A DNA stretch of 64,000 nt, taken from NCBI GenBank assembly GCA_040386535.1, contig JAZKFH010000063.1, positions 32,001-96,000 of the forward strand, written 5' to 3'. Under the pieces are notes generated by a model. The model searched no databases, was not told the DNA's origin, and worked only from the letters and a program-made list of their open reading frames with translations. The DNA is from Myxococcota bacterium (GTDB lineage Bacteria > Myxococcota_A > UBA796 > SXON01). This document shows positions 9,253-18,333 of the stretch, in pieces (within the stretch, counting starts at the first letter, position 1; every line of letters starts with the position of its first letter). A program made the position numbers and the translations under genes.

Positions 9253-9753
9253 ATGGCGACCGAACCTCCGCTCGAGTACCCCCTGGCGCAGGACGCGAAC
9301 GCACCGCACGACACGTTCCGGGTCCTGTTCCTGGACAAGCCCGAGCAGATCGAGCGGCTGAAGGAGACCTGCAAGCAGGAAGGCTACGTCGTGATCGGCG
9401 CGGAGACGATCGCCACGGCGATGGCCTTTCTCGAAGGGAAGAACCACGTCGACGTCATCGTCTGTGCGGCGCACCTCGAGACCGAGTCGGTGTTCGCCTT
9501 CCTCCAGCACGTTCGCGGTCACGCGCTGCACGCGAAGTCGATGTTCCTGATCCTCTCCCTGGAGTCTGGGCAGCACGGCGCGTACCTCGATCGCGGCGCA
9601 GCGCGGGCGGGCATGGCGCTGGGCGCGAATGCGTACGTGGTCATGCCGGTCTTCGACGAGAAGGCGCTCATCGCGCAGATCCGGCAGCTCCAGCCGGACG
9701 TGCCTACGCTGCAGCAGTCAGCCACGCCGGACGAGAAGCGAACGGCCGAGTAG
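9253..9753 (+). CDS. Atypical (pseudo-)receiver domain protein
   Basis: RVLFLD...GYVV.....AMAFL....DVIVCAAHL...GANAYVVMP follows the CheY-like pattern without phospho-Asp and Lys. Confidence 0.65.
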   Translation: MATEPPLEYPLAQDANAPHDTFRVLFLDKPEQIERLKETCKQEGYVVIGAETIATAMAFLEGKNHVDVIVCAAHLETESVFAFLQHVRGHALHAKSMFLILSLESGQHGAYLDRGAARAGMALGANAYVVMPVFDEKALIAQIRQLQPDVPTLQQSATPDEKRTAE

Positions 9754-9823
9754 CTGTTGGCGTGCCGAGGTCCTGGCACGCGTCCGCGCGCCGGGCGGTT
9801 AGGCAGCGCCCTTCGAGGACCCC

Positions 9824-10288
9824 ATGCGCTACTGGTTGATGAAGTCCGAGCCCGACGTCTACTCGATCGACGATCTGCTGCGGGACAGCCGCACCTCCTG
9901 GGAGGGCGTGCGCAACTACACGGCGCGCAACTGGATGCGTGACGACATGAAGGTCGGGGACCGGGTCCTCTTCTACCACTCGAACGCCGAGCCTCCGGGC
10001 GTGGCGGGGATCGCCGAGGTGGTGCGTGCCGGCTACCCCGATCCACACGCGCTCGATCCCGCGTCGCACTACTACGATCCGGGTGCAAAGCCGGACGTCC
10101 CGCGCTGGGTGTCGGTCGACCTCGGGTTCGTCGAACGTTTCCCCGCGGTCGTCCCCCTGGCCGCCCTGAAGGCCGAGCCGGCGTTGGACGGGATGGAGGT
10201 CACGAAGCGGGGGTCGCGCCTGTCCGTGCACCCGGTCGACGCCGCGCACTTCGAGCGGGTTGTCGCGATGGGGCGCGCGGCGCACTGA
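9824..10288 (+). CDS. EVE domain protein
   Basis: YWLMKSEP, WEGVRNY.ARN, MKVGD.VLFYHS, SRLSV.PV. Confidence 0.95.
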   Translation: MRYWLMKSEPDVYSIDDLLRDSRTSWEGVRNYTARNWMRDDMKVGDRVLFYHSNAEPPGVAGIAEVVRAGYPDPHALDPASHYYDPGAKPDVPRWVSVDLGFVERFPAVVPLAALKAEPALDGMEVTKRGSRLSVHPVDAAHFERVVAMGRAAH

Positions 10289-10347
10289 AACGCTCCGGTT
10301 CGGGGGTGCACTCCGGGCATACGTTTGTGGGGGTACACTCGGGCGTC

Positions 10348-11907
10348 ATGTTGTTCTTGCTCGCGTGCGCCGTACCCGCCGTGGACCCCGTCGATCCACC
10401 CGAACACGAGTGGCCCGGGCCCGACGACCCTCCGGACGACACGGCCCCTCCGGACGACACCGGCACCCTCGTGGATGGGCATTGGGACGTGATCGTGGTG
10501 GGTACCGGCCCCGCGGGCACCGCCGCGGCCTTGACCGCGCGGGAGGCCGGCGCGCGCGTGCTGCTCCTGGAGCGTGCCGACGACCCGGGCCTGGGCCTCG
10601 TGCTCGGCGGGCATGCGTTCGCCGCGGGCACCTCCTGGCAGGCGGTCAGCGGGGTGAGCGACACGCCGGAGGCGGCGCAAGCGGAGTGGCAGTCGATCAC
10701 GGGGGTCAGCGGCGACACGCCGGGCGTGCGGGAGTTCCTCGACGCGAGCGCCGACACGTTGACGTGGCTCCAGGGCTACGGCATGTGGGTGAACTTCGTG
10801 CAGGGCGAGCGGGACGCGGGGATCGTCCCCCGGATCCACGGGATGGGCTGGGGGGAGACCGCGACGGGGAACGCCCGTGAGCTGCTCACGTACTTCGATG
10901 GAGAGCTGCGCACCGGCGTCGAGGTGACGGCGCCGCTGCTCGAGGACGGCGCCGTGGTCGGGGTCCGATGGACCGATCTCGCGACCGGGCTCGACGGCGC
11001 GTCCGCGTCGGGAGCCGTGGTGCTGGCGACCGGTGGTTTCGTGCGCGACCTGGACGAGGTAGCCCGCGTGATCCCCGCCTTGGCAGGCCGGCGGGTGGTG
11101 TTCGAGGCCAGCCCGCACTCCGACGGCGGTGGGCTGCCCTTCCTCCGCGCGGTGGGCGCGGGCTCGCTCTCGCCCGAGAACATCGGCGTGTACGTGCACT
11201 CGATCGGCGATCCCTGGTTCCCCGGGTCGGAGTCGCTCCTCGCGCTCGGGAGCGAGGAGGGGATCCTCGTGGACGCCGCGGGCGATCGGTTCGCCAACGA
11301 GGACCTTCAGCGGTCGTTCGACCTGTTCGACCTGCTCCCCGAGGGCGAGGTCTACGCGGTGCTCTCGGGCACACTCGCCGACGCGCTCGTGTTCTCCCGG
11401 CCCTACTACAACTGGTCGACCCCCCCGGACGCCGAGCTGCCCACGCTCGACGAGGTGCTGGCGGCCGGCTCCGAGGACGTCGTCGTGGCCGATACGCTCG
11501 AGGACGCCGCGGTGTACGCGGGGATCGATCCCGCGCGGCTCGTGTCCACCGTGGAGACGTTCAACCTGGGCTTCGAGACCGGGCTGCCCGATCCGTACGG
11601 GCGCAACCTCGTCCGCGCCGAGCCGCTCGTCGGCGAACCGTGGGTTCTCCTGCGGCTCTCTCCGGGCCTCGGCAAGAACTTCGGCGGGGTGGCGACCGAC
11701 ATCGAGGGGCACGTGCTGGACACCGGCGGCGTGCCGATCCCCGGGCTCTACGCGGCGGGCGAGGTGGCCGGGATGTTGCTCGGTGGCGGCGGGGGCGACG
11801 GGTTCTCGGGCAGCGTGAACGCCTGCTACTGGGGCGGCCGCGTGGCGGGAGGCTCGGCGGCGGCGTTCGCCCTGCCTCGGTCGGATGTATCAGGGGGAGG
11901 GGACTGA
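10348..11907 (+). CDS. Lipoprotein FAD-dependent oxidoreductase (FAD_binding_2, flavocytochrome c/fumarate reductase-like)
   Basis: MLFLLAC; DVIVVGTGPAG, VVLATGGF, G.RFANE, IPGLYAAGE. Confidence 0.85.
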   Translation: MLFLLACAVPAVDPVDPPEHEWPGPDDPPDDTAPPDDTGTLVDGHWDVIVVGTGPAGTAAALTAREAGARVLLLERADDPGLGLVLGGHAFAAGTSWQAVSGVSDTPEAAQAEWQSITGVSGDTPGVREFLDASADTLTWLQGYGMWVNFVQGERDAGIVPRIHGMGWGETATGNARELLTYFDGELRTGVEVTAPLLEDGAVVGVRWTDLATGLDGASASGAVVLATGGFVRDLDEVARVIPALAGRRVVFEASPHSDGGGLPFLRAVGAGSLSPENIGVYVHSIGDPWFPGSESLLALGSEEGILVDAAGDRFANEDLQRSFDLFDLLPEGEVYAVLSGTLADALVFSRPYYNWSTPPDAELPTLDEVLAAGSEDVVVADTLEDAAVYAGIDPARLVSTVETFNLGFETGLPDPYGRNLVRAEPLVGEPWVLLRLSPGLGKNFGGVATDIEGHVLDTGGVPIPGLYAAGEVAGMLLGGGGGDGFSGSVNACYWGGRVAGGSAAAFALPRSDVSGGGD

Positions 11908-11929
11908 TACATCCCGGGATGTATCAGTC
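11902..11929. repeat. Perfect 28-bp palindrome over two convergent stop codons, plus a third half-site at 11883-11893
   Basis: GACTGATACATCCC|GGGATGTATCAGTC; GGATGTATCAG upstream. Confidence 0.9.
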
Positions 11930-12466
11930 GGCCGCCAATGTCGGCAGGATCCGCGCGAGGTCGGCGCCAGGGTGCCTCGGATCGAGGGCGCGCTGCACGA
12001 GCTCGCCGAGCACGAGGCTCACGACGAGGCCCGCGTTCACAGGAAGGAGCCCCACGTGGAGCACGAGCGCGTCACGATAGGTGGCGAGGGCCGCCGCCAG
12101 CGACGGGCCGCTCTCCGGGTGCGCGCGGAGGTAGTCGAGCGCGACGAGCAGGGTGCGCTGCAAATCGTCCGCCTGAGCACGGACATGGGCGCCGAGCGCG
12201 GCCATGCGGGCATCCGCAGACGTGTCGGCCGCCGAACCCACCGCGGCGAGCGCCTCCGCGACCTGGCGTGCCACCTGCCGCTCGATCATGGCGGCGAACA
12301 ACTCTGGCTTGCCGACGAACCAGTGGTAGAGCGCCCCGGTCGTGACGCCGAGCTCCCGCGCGAGGTCCCGCATGGAGAGGGCGTGGTAGCCACGCGCCGC
12401 GAACAGCGCGAAGGCGCCGTCGAGCAGCTCGCCCCGGCGCACCAGCGGATCGAGCGGGCGCGGCAT
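11924..12466 (-). CDS. TetR/AcrR family transcriptional regulator
   Basis: LFAARGYHALSMRDLARELGVTTGALYHWF HTH; ATG overlaps the alkB stop. Confidence 0.9.
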   Translation of the reverse strand: MPRPLDPLVRRGELLDGAFALFAARGYHALSMRDLARELGVTTGALYHWFVGKPELFAAMIERQVARQVAEALAAVGSAADTSADARMAALGAHVRAQADDLQRTLLVALDYLRAHPESGPSLAAALATYRDALVLHVGLLPVNAGLVVSLVLGELVQRALDPRHPGADLARILPTLAAD

Positions 12467-13512
12467 CAGGCGCCGAGGCGGGCGAGGTGGCGGCCCATCC
12501 GGGCGTGGAACAACGGCGGACACGTGGCGAGCAGCACCATCCCCGCGTAGCCGGTGGGGAGGGTGGGCGCGCCGTCGAAGTGACGGAGCACGGGGTAGGG
12601 CCGGCCGGGGTGCGCGTGGTGATCGGCGTGGCGGGTGAGCTCGAACAGGAGCACGCGGGAGACGACGTGGTCCGAGGTCCACGAGTGGGCCGGGCGGACC
12701 CTCTCCCACCGCCCGTCAGGCAGGCGGTCGCGCGCGAGCCCGTAGTGCTCGACGTAGTTGACGGTCTCCAGCAGGAGGATGCCGACGGTCGCGGCCGCGA
12801 CGAACGCGAGCGCGCCGAGCGGCCCCGTGGTGAGCGCGAGGGCGAGCACGAATGTGGTCTGGACGACGGCGAACTGGAGCAGCTCGTTGCCCGGGGACCA
12901 CGCGCGCACCCCGCCGCGGGCGAGCCGCTCGGCCTCGATCCGCCACGCGCTCCGCCAGCCGCCGAACACCGAGCGCGCCCAGAAGGGGTACAGCGACTCG
13001 CCCCGGCGCGCGCTGGCGGGATCGTTCGGCGTGGCGACATGCGCGTGGTGGCCCCGGTTGTGCTCGATGAAGAAGTGCTGGTACAGGCTGGTGAGCAGGA
13101 GCAGCTTGGCGAGGCGCTGGTGCCAGCGGTCGGCGCGATGACCCAGCTCGTGCGCCACGTTGATCCCGAGCGCGCCGCAGCAGATGCCGACGCTGCCGAT
13201 GGCGCCCATCAGCTCCCACCCCGCGAGGCTGCTCGCCCGTGCCGCCAGCGTGAGCACCAGCGTGACCTGCACGGGTACGATGCCCACCAGCAGCTGATCG
13301 AAGCGGCGGTCGGCCCTCCGGGCGGCCTCGGTGGGCGGGGTCGGGTTGTTCCCGGCGCCGGGGAACACCAGCTCCAGGACTGGCACGAGCCCGAAGATGA
13401 CGACGGGGAGCACCCATGTCCATCCCCCGCCCGCGTAGAGGCCCCCGAAGGCGAAGGCAGGGACGAGGTAGACCAGGGCGTAGGCGGCGAGCGGCATGGC
13501 GAGCACCTGCAT
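12466..13512 (-). CDS. alkB: Alkane 1-monooxygenase (non-heme diiron); start may be 13497
   Basis: HELGH, EHNRGHH, NYVEHYG, RHADHH histidine boxes. Confidence 0.92.
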   Translation of the reverse strand: MQVLAMPLAAYALVYLVPAFAFGGLYAGGGWTWVLPVVIFGLVPVLELVFPGAGNNPTPPTEAARRADRRFDQLLVGIVPVQVTLVLTLAARASSLAGWELMGAIGSVGICCGALGINVAHELGHRADRWHQRLAKLLLLTSLYQHFFIEHNRGHHAHVATPNDPASARRGESLYPFWARSVFGGWRSAWRIEAERLARGGVRAWSPGNELLQFAVVQTTFVLALALTTGPLGALAFVAAATVGILLLETVNYVEHYGLARDRLPDGRWERVRPAHSWTSDHVVSRVLLFELTRHADHHAHPGRPYPVLRHFDGAPTLPTGYAGMVLLATCPPLFHARMGRHLARLGA

Positions 13513-13522
13513 AACAATCGTA

Positions 13523-13548
13523 ATGTATCACCACACGGGGTGATACAT
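13523..13548. promoter_or_regulatory. Inverted repeat upstream of alkB, candidate TetR operator overlapping an extended -10
   Basis: ATGTATCACC-N6-GGTGATACAT; minus strand reads TGATACATT. Confidence 0.65.
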
Positions 13549-13555
13549 CAAGCGG

Positions 13556-14752
13556 TCATCGCACCCAGATGGCCTGAGCCCCGCCGGGCGTCGGGTAGTA
13601 GAGCCAGTTGCCGCCCCACGTGGTGGCGAGGCAATTGGACGCGTCGCTGCCGCAGAGGGTCAGGCCCTGGTTGACGGCGGTGCTCTCGGAGAAGTCCCAG
13701 CCGGAGCCCAGCGAGCCGTGGCCCTTGCAGTCCAACGGTGCGCCGGAGGGGGTGTCGGTGGAGCCGATGCCAGCGTCCGTGTACGCCGCGCTCCCACCGC
13801 ACCACCAGTAGCCTTCCTCGCCGTAGAGGTAGTAGCCGTCGCTGCCGAAGGGGATGCGGAGCGACGCGCGGGGGATGACGCGCGAGCCGTAGGTGGCGCC
13901 GCCGCTGGCATAGGCACCCAGGCGCAGCTCCTCCCAGCCGAACGACTCGAGCTCCAGCCAGGCGAGCACGTCGTCCCCGGACAACGTGGCGGCCTCTGGC
14001 GACACACCGAGGTCGTCCGCGTCGCGGTAGGCGCCGCCGAACCCCGTGTGGTCGCCCGGCCCGGCCGAGGTGGTGAGGAGGCCGAGCGTCCACCCGCCGC
14101 CCTCCGTGGTCATGTCGCACCACAGCCGCGTCAGGACGCCTGACGGCAGGGCGATCCAGTAGGCCCCGTCCGCCGCCGTGCCGCGCGCCTCCAGCGCCTC
14201 CTTGCAGCTCTCCGCGGGGCACAACACGCCCGCGCCGGGCTCGACTTCGGCGCTCCCGTCGCAGTCGCGGTCGACGCCATCGCAGCCCTCTTCCGCGTCG
14301 GGATGTACGGTGGGGTCCGCGTCGTCGCAGTCCCCACCTACCAGCGTGAGCCCGTCGGCGTAGAAGCACGCGTCGACCCCGCCGGCCTCGCCGTAGCCGT
14401 CCCCGTCGGCGTCCACGAAGAAGGGGAGGCCGTCGGCCACGTCGTCGTCGGCGTCGTCCACGCGCCCGTCACAATCGTCGTCCACGCCGTTGCACACCTC
14501 GGGGGCGCCCGGGTTGACGCGGAAGTTGGTGTCGTCGCAGTCGGTGGCGTCGGGGACCGAGGTGCCGCCGCAGCGGGGCGCGGGCACCGCGGGATCGCCG
14601 TGCCCGTCGAGGTCGGCGTCGGCGAAGCAGGGGAGGTCGGTGTCCGCGGCGGTGTCCGTGTCGACGCCGGGATCGGTGTCGGTGTCGGGCGGCGTGCCGG
14701 TGTCGGATTTCGGGGGGGCACCACAGGCCACCAGGAGCAGGAGCAGGGGCAT
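13556..14752 (-). CDS. Lipoprotein with MopE-like repeats and fibrinogen-like (CDMxxxGGGW) domain
   Basis: MPLLLLLVAC; DADLDGHG, EVCNGVDDDCDG; AESCKE...DGAYWI...WCDMTTEGGGWTL. Confidence 0.85.
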   Translation of the reverse strand: MPLLLLLVACGAPPKSDTGTPPDTDTDPGVDTDTAADTDLPCFADADLDGHGDPAVPAPRCGGTSVPDATDCDDTNFRVNPGAPEVCNGVDDDCDGRVDDADDDVADGLPFFVDADGDGYGEAGGVDACFYADGLTLVGGDCDDADPTVHPDAEEGCDGVDRDCDGSAEVEPGAGVLCPAESCKEALEARGTAADGAYWIALPSGVLTRLWCDMTTEGGGWTLGLLTTSAGPGDHTGFGGAYRDADDLGVSPEAATLSGDDVLAWLELESFGWEELRLGAYASGGATYGSRVIPRASLRIPFGSDGYYLYGEEGYWWCGGSAAYTDAGIGSTDTPSGAPLDCKGHGSLGSGWDFSESTAVNQGLTLCGSDASNCLATTWGGNWLYYPTPGGAQAIWVR

Positions 14753-17304
14753 CACGCGCCCCTCGTCGAGCGCCGACGGTGGACCACGCCGAGGAGCAGC
14801 AGCGCCGTCCACGTCGGGACCCGCCCGCCCGTTCCACAGATGCAGCCGCCATCCTCGAACACGATGGGGTCGCCCTCCACGAACGGCTCGTCGGTGTCCA
14901 CCGTGCCGCCCGTCTCCCCCGTGTCGGCCGTGTCGTGCACCTCCGCCACGCCCCCGTGGATGCGGCGCAGCGTGTCCAGATCCTGCGCGCCGTCCGCCCA
15001 CACGTTCGGCGCGCCGAAGGTCGACGTGGTGGCGTCCTCGTAGTCCGCGGTCTCCCGCCGGAGCGCGGCCGTCGGCGTCTCCGCGAGGAACCCGACCTCG
15101 GTGGAGCCCACGCCGCCCGCGCGGCCGACGCCCTCCCCGACGGGGCCGAGGCGCACGTGGCCGTCGGGATCCCAGGCGGTGAGCTGCCAGTCCTGGTGGG
15201 TCACGTCGAACGCCGCGGCGCTCACGTAGGCGCCGGTGCCGTCCGTCCCGGCGCGCAGGTGGAACCGCCAGTCGCCGCCGTCGGGATCGTACGCGGGGTC
15301 CTCCGGGAGGCCTTCCGCGATCGTCAGGATCGTTCCCGCACGCAGGTTTCCGAGCACCGGCGCGTCGGTGAACACGAGCGTGCCGGCGTGCCCCCCGCGA
15401 TCGGCCAGGGTGAGCGTCCATCCGCGCAGATCGAGGCCCTCCTCCACCACGAGGAGCTCGATCCAGTCGCCCCCGTTCCCCTCGCGCCGGCCGAGCGCGG
15501 CGTCGGCACCCTCGCCCTCGACGGCGCCGCCCTCGTCGCCGCCGAGCCATTTCTCCGTCTCGACCGCGTTCCACTCGTTGAGCACGAACGGTGGGGCGGC
15601 GTCGACCTCGTAGAAGCCCTGCTCCAGCGGCCCCCACGTGTCACCGATGCGGAGCCGCGCCATCACGACCGTCGACGCGTCGAACGTCACCGTGCGTGCC
15701 CCGTCGGGCCCGAGCGCGGCCGCCGAGGGCTCTCCACCGGGCTGCCGTGGGTCCTGCCCGTCGAGCGACACCCAGAGCTCCGCCGGCGAGCGGTCGGGCA
15801 CCTCGACCATCAGCGTGGTGCCGGGCTCGACGAGCCCCGGCGGGAGGTCGAACGTGGGTGCGCCGAGCGCGTACCAGCCGGCCGCGCGGAACTGGCGGTA
15901 GAGCTCGTCCGTCCGGTACGGAAAGTACTGGGTGAGGAGGCGGTCCCGCTCCACGATCCACTCGCCGTCGCGATCCCACCAGCCGAATCCCCACCGCGCG
16001 GACTCGCTGACCACGGCGCTCTCCGCGAGCGCGGCGAGCCGCTCGTAGCGGGCGCCGGCGGCCTCGGCCGAGAGCGGGCCCTCGAGGTTGCGGTGGATGG
16101 CGTCCGCGAGGGCAACCTGGAAGTCGGGGTGGCCCTCGGCCGTCAGGTAGTAGAAGACGTAGGAAGGACCGCCGTTGTCGAGGATGTTGACGGTGTAGTC
16201 GTAGTAGAGGCAGATGTCCGAGTCCGAGCTGTGGAAGCGGAACCCGCCCTCGCCCCGATCGGTCGGCCCGACCGCGATCCAATTGTGGTACGCGCTCCAG
16301 TCCCAGGCGTTGCCCGCGTAGAAGTTGAGCACCATGTAGTCGAGGAAGTCGGGGACGTTCACCCACTCGCGGAATGTCTCGTAGTCGCCCGAGCTCGCGA
16401 CGGCCGCGGCCCAGGCCGCCCCGCTCCCGTCGAACGCCGTGCCGCCGTTGATCGCCTCGTAGTCGTCCTCGTCACCGCCCAGGTATTCGGCGAGCATCGC
16501 CGCGTTCATGCGCTCGCGCACGTTGTAGAGGCCGTTGTAGACCCCGTTCACGTACACGTGGGCGAAGCGGCCGTGCGGCGCCACGTGGCCCATCTCGAGC
16601 TGGGACTCGTCCATCCAGTAGTTGCGCAGGTGCTGGCCCTGGGCGCCCAGGTAGAACACGGTGTCGTGGTTGCCGCCGCGCAGGGTCAACGCGTCGTGCT
16701 CGTCGGCCGGGGCCACGCCGGTCGCGTCTTCCCCATAGATGTCGAGCTCGAGCTTGCCGGGGCCATACTCCGAGCGGAACAGGATGCGGAAGCTGGTCTT
16801 CTCGTACGCCCAGCTCGTACCGCCGGAGATGTAGGCGCCGGCGTTCACGCCGAGATCGTCACCGTCCGGGTCGATCCACTCGATGGAGACGGCCTGCTCC
16901 GACATCTGCATGCCGCCGGGCACCACGAGCGAGATCGTCGGGAGCGCGCGCAGGTTCGATGCGACGATGGGGCCGTAGGTGGCATCGTTCACGATGGCCG
17001 GGTCCATCACGGAGGAGACGAGCACGTCGCCTACCGACACGTAGGTGTGCGTCACGATGTCCGACCGCGTGCGGTCCCCCGCCACCTCGACCGCGCGGAC
17101 GACCGTGGTGCCGTCGATGCCGAGCGGCGCGGTGTAGGGGAGGGTCGGCGCGCTGCCGTCGACGCTGTAGAGCAGCGTCCCGCCGGCCTCGGCGGTGAGG
17201 GTGAGCGTGAACGGTGCGTCGTACAGGCCGCGCTCCACGTCGAACGTGGGGGCGGCGAGCGCCGGGTTGGACAGCTGCGTGGACAGGAGCGTGAGGAGCA
17301 TCAC
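14752..17304 (-). CDS. CotH kinase-family surface protein with Fn3-associated and lamin-tail-like domains and MYXO-CTERM-like tail
   Basis: YSVDGSAP, KTSFRILFR.EYG, VYVNGVYNGLY.VRE, DW..HNW, DSD; LNEW...DWIEL; C-terminal GGCIC..G-hydrophobic-RRR. Confidence 0.8.
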   Translation of the reverse strand: MMLLTLLSTQLSNPALAAPTFDVERGLYDAPFTLTLTAEAGGTLLYSVDGSAPTLPYTAPLGIDGTTVVRAVEVAGDRTRSDIVTHTYVSVGDVLVSSVMDPAIVNDATYGPIVASNLRALPTISLVVPGGMQMSEQAVSIEWIDPDGDDLGVNAGAYISGGTSWAYEKTSFRILFRSEYGPGKLELDIYGEDATGVAPADEHDALTLRGGNHDTVFYLGAQGQHLRNYWMDESQLEMGHVAPHGRFAHVYVNGVYNGLYNVRERMNAAMLAEYLGGDEDDYEAINGGTAFDGSGAAWAAAVASSGDYETFREWVNVPDFLDYMVLNFYAGNAWDWSAYHNWIAVGPTDRGEGGFRFHSSDSDICLYYDYTVNILDNGGPSYVFYYLTAEGHPDFQVALADAIHRNLEGPLSAEAAGARYERLAALAESAVVSESARWGFGWWDRDGEWIVERDRLLTQYFPYRTDELYRQFRAAGWYALGAPTFDLPPGLVEPGTTLMVEVPDRSPAELWVSLDGQDPRQPGGEPSAAALGPDGARTVTFDASTVVMARLRIGDTWGPLEQGFYEVDAAPPFVLNEWNAVETEKWLGGDEGGAVEGEGADAALGRREGNGGDWIELLVVEEGLDLRGWTLTLADRGGHAGTLVFTDAPVLGNLRAGTILTIAEGLPEDPAYDPDGGDWRFHLRAGTDGTGAYVSAAAFDVTHQDWQLTAWDPDGHVRLGPVGEGVGRAGGVGSTEVGFLAETPTAALRRETADYEDATTSTFGAPNVWADGAQDLDTLRRIHGGVAEVHDTADTGETGGTVDTDEPFVEGDPIVFEDGGCICGTGGRVPTWTALLLLGVVHRRRSTRGA

Positions 17305-17328
17305 CCCGGACCGTAGCAGAAGCGTGGG

Positions 17329-18333
17329 TCAGGCGCCCCATTCGAGGGCGAGACAAGCCATGCTCATGCCGCCGCCGGACCCGATGAACACGCACAGATC
17401 GCCGTCGTGCACCTTGCCGGCGGTCACCGCGTCCGCCACACACATGCCGATGGAGGCCGAGCCGGTGTAACCGAAGCGGTCCATCACGAGGTGCGCGCGA
17501 TCCCGGGGCACGCCGAGCTTGTCGAGCGTCTCGTAGATGGAGAGCACGTTGAACTGCGTGAGGAACCAATGGTGCACGTCGCCCGGCTCCTTGCCGATCC
17601 GATCGAGGACGAGGCGGGCGATGCGCGGCCAGTGGGTGCCGTTGGTCTCGGGCGGGATGCGCTTGGGGAACGCGAGCAGATGGTCCTTGCGGGCGAGCAC
17701 GCCCGCGTCGAACGGTTTGGCGCTGCCGCCGGCGTAGATCCCCATGTAGTCGTGGTATTGGCCGTCGGTCCACAGGTGGCTCGCTTGGAACCCGCGGCCG
17801 CTGGTGGTGGCACGCACGATGGCGGCGCCCGCCCCGTCGGCGAACAACGTGGCGATCTTGTAGTCGTCGAGGTTGAGCCACTTGCTCATCGCGTAGGCAC
17901 CGACGACGAGGATGGTCTGGTATTGCTCGTCGGCCCGGATGTACTTGTCCGCGAGATCGAGCGCGGTGACGAACCCGGCGCAGGCGGTGTTGATGTCGAA
18001 GGTGCCGGCGCGGGCGGCGCCGAGCCGGTACGCCACGACGGAGGCGGTGGAGGGGGAGAGGTAGTCGGGGGTGTCGGTGGAGACGACGATCAGATCGAGC
18101 TGATCGGCGGTGACGCCCGCGGCCTTCATCGCGGCCTCGGCGGCGGGGACGATGAGATCGGACGTACGTTGGTCCGGCGCCATCCACCGGCGCTCGAGGA
18201 TGTTGCGCTGGTCGCGCAGGAAGGTGGAGATGTCACGGCCGTAGCGAGCGTCGAAGAACGCGTTGGGGACGACGCGCTCGGGGACGTACATGCCCGTGCC
18301 GGTGATGGTGGCGCGGCGGGTGGGCGTGGTCAC
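17329..18333 (-). CDS. 3-oxoacyl-ACP synthase III (FabH)-like protein with non-canonical active site
   Basis: GTGMYVP, DINTACAGF, LFADGAGA, GSGGG; LTQFN and GYTGSAS in place of PHQAN and GNTSAAS. Confidence 0.85.
   Translation of the reverse strand: MTTPTRRATITGTGMYVPERVVPNAFFDARYGRDISTFLRDQRNILERRWMAPDQRTSDLIVPAAEAAMKAAGVTADQLDLIVVSTDTPDYLSPSTASVVAYRLGAARAGTFDINTACAGFVTALDLADKYIRADEQYQTILVVGAYAMSKWLNLDDYKIATLFADGAGAAIVRATTSGRGFQASHLWTDGQYHDYMGIYAGGSAKPFDAGVLARKDHLLAFPKRIPPETNGTHWPRIARLVLDRIGKEPGDVHHWFLTQFNVLSIYETLDKLGVPRDRAHLVMDRFGYTGSASIGMCVADAVTAGKVHDGDLCVFIGSGGGMSMACLALEWGA

Noticed and set aside
9824..10288. EVE protein (and macro remnant) as part of an antiphage system
   Set aside because: Stand-alone, with no nuclease, toxin or other defence gene adjacent
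10302..10345. Direct repeat GGGGT(G/A)CACTC x2
   Set aside because: Only two short copies; the second is explained as the -10 element of the downstream gene
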